Assembly: GCF_018350175.1 (NCBI RefSeq)
Contig: NC_058368.1
Coordinates: 44,952,001-45,016,000 of the forward strand
Length of the DNA stretch: 64,000 nt
Origin: Felis catus
Lineage: Eukaryota
Reading direction: 5' to 3'
The translations under genes and the position numbers were made by a program. The notes below the pieces were generated by a model. The model was not told the origin of the DNA, did not search any database, and worked only from the letters and a program-made list of their open reading frames with translations. Shown in pieces: positions 63,769 through 64,000 of this stretch. Each line of letters begins with the position of its first letter. The first letter of the stretch is position 1.

Positions 63769-63927
63769 GAAATTTAATGGCATTGCCAATAAGATGATTC
63801 AATTCTAGTGTAATTAATGTGCATTATTGGATTTTTTGAGAATTTTTCAGCAGTGTCTTAGGGAGAAAATTCAAAATAACCTTTCAGAACAGCTCCATTT
63901 GGAGAACTGACAAGGGCTTGTACTTAC

Positions 63928-63969
63928 CAATAAAAACCTCCCAATGGTAAGAGTTCTGAAAAGTATTTG
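63928..63969 (-). pseudogene. Exon remnant, 42 nt (KYFSELLPLGGFY or QILFRTLTIGRFLL)
   Basis: Acceptor TGTTTTTTACCACAG, donor TTG|GTAAGT. Confidence 0.55.
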
Positions 63970-64000
63970 CTGTGGTAAAAAACAGATTTAAAAACAAAAA

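Larger units (their letters stand above)
9482..63969 (-). pseudogene. Decayed multi-exon (non-processed) gene, about 30 exon remnants, putative RGS22/RGSL1-like multi-RGS-domain protein; probably continues beyond the right end of the window
   Basis: Same-strand series of pyrimidine-tract/AG to GT(A/G)AG-bounded segments of 40-410 nt in non-repeat DNA, many phase-compatible, with in-frame stops; RGS-like motifs such as VEENIAFW, LRKIFKLYV, VRFLENRYYATF. Confidence 0.75.

Noticed and set aside
9482..63969. Naming the fossil RGS22 or RGSL1
   Set aside because: Only motif-level resemblance; no long high-identity match to either sequence as I recall them, so no symbol is assigned.

Overview
AT-rich mammalian genomic DNA, almost certainly felid: about 30 tRNA-derived Can-SINEs of the cat type, young cat L1 3' fragments, and older eutherian L1M, L2, MIR, MLT and MER elements. 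No intact protein-coding gene, RNA gene or CRISPR array is supported. The main non-obvious signal lies in the unique DNA between repeats: about 30 decayed exons, all on the minus strand, from beyond 64000 down to about 9480. Most have recognisable acceptors and donors, many have matching intron phases, and their translations are protein-like but interrupted by stops and frameshifts. Several segments resemble RGS-domain motifs of the RGS22/RGSL1 type (compared from memory, not searched). My interpretation is a large, intron-containing, probably unitary pseudogene of an unnamed multi-RGS-domain gene. Exon boundaries and frames were read by hand and several are ambiguous; repeat subfamily names are approximate.
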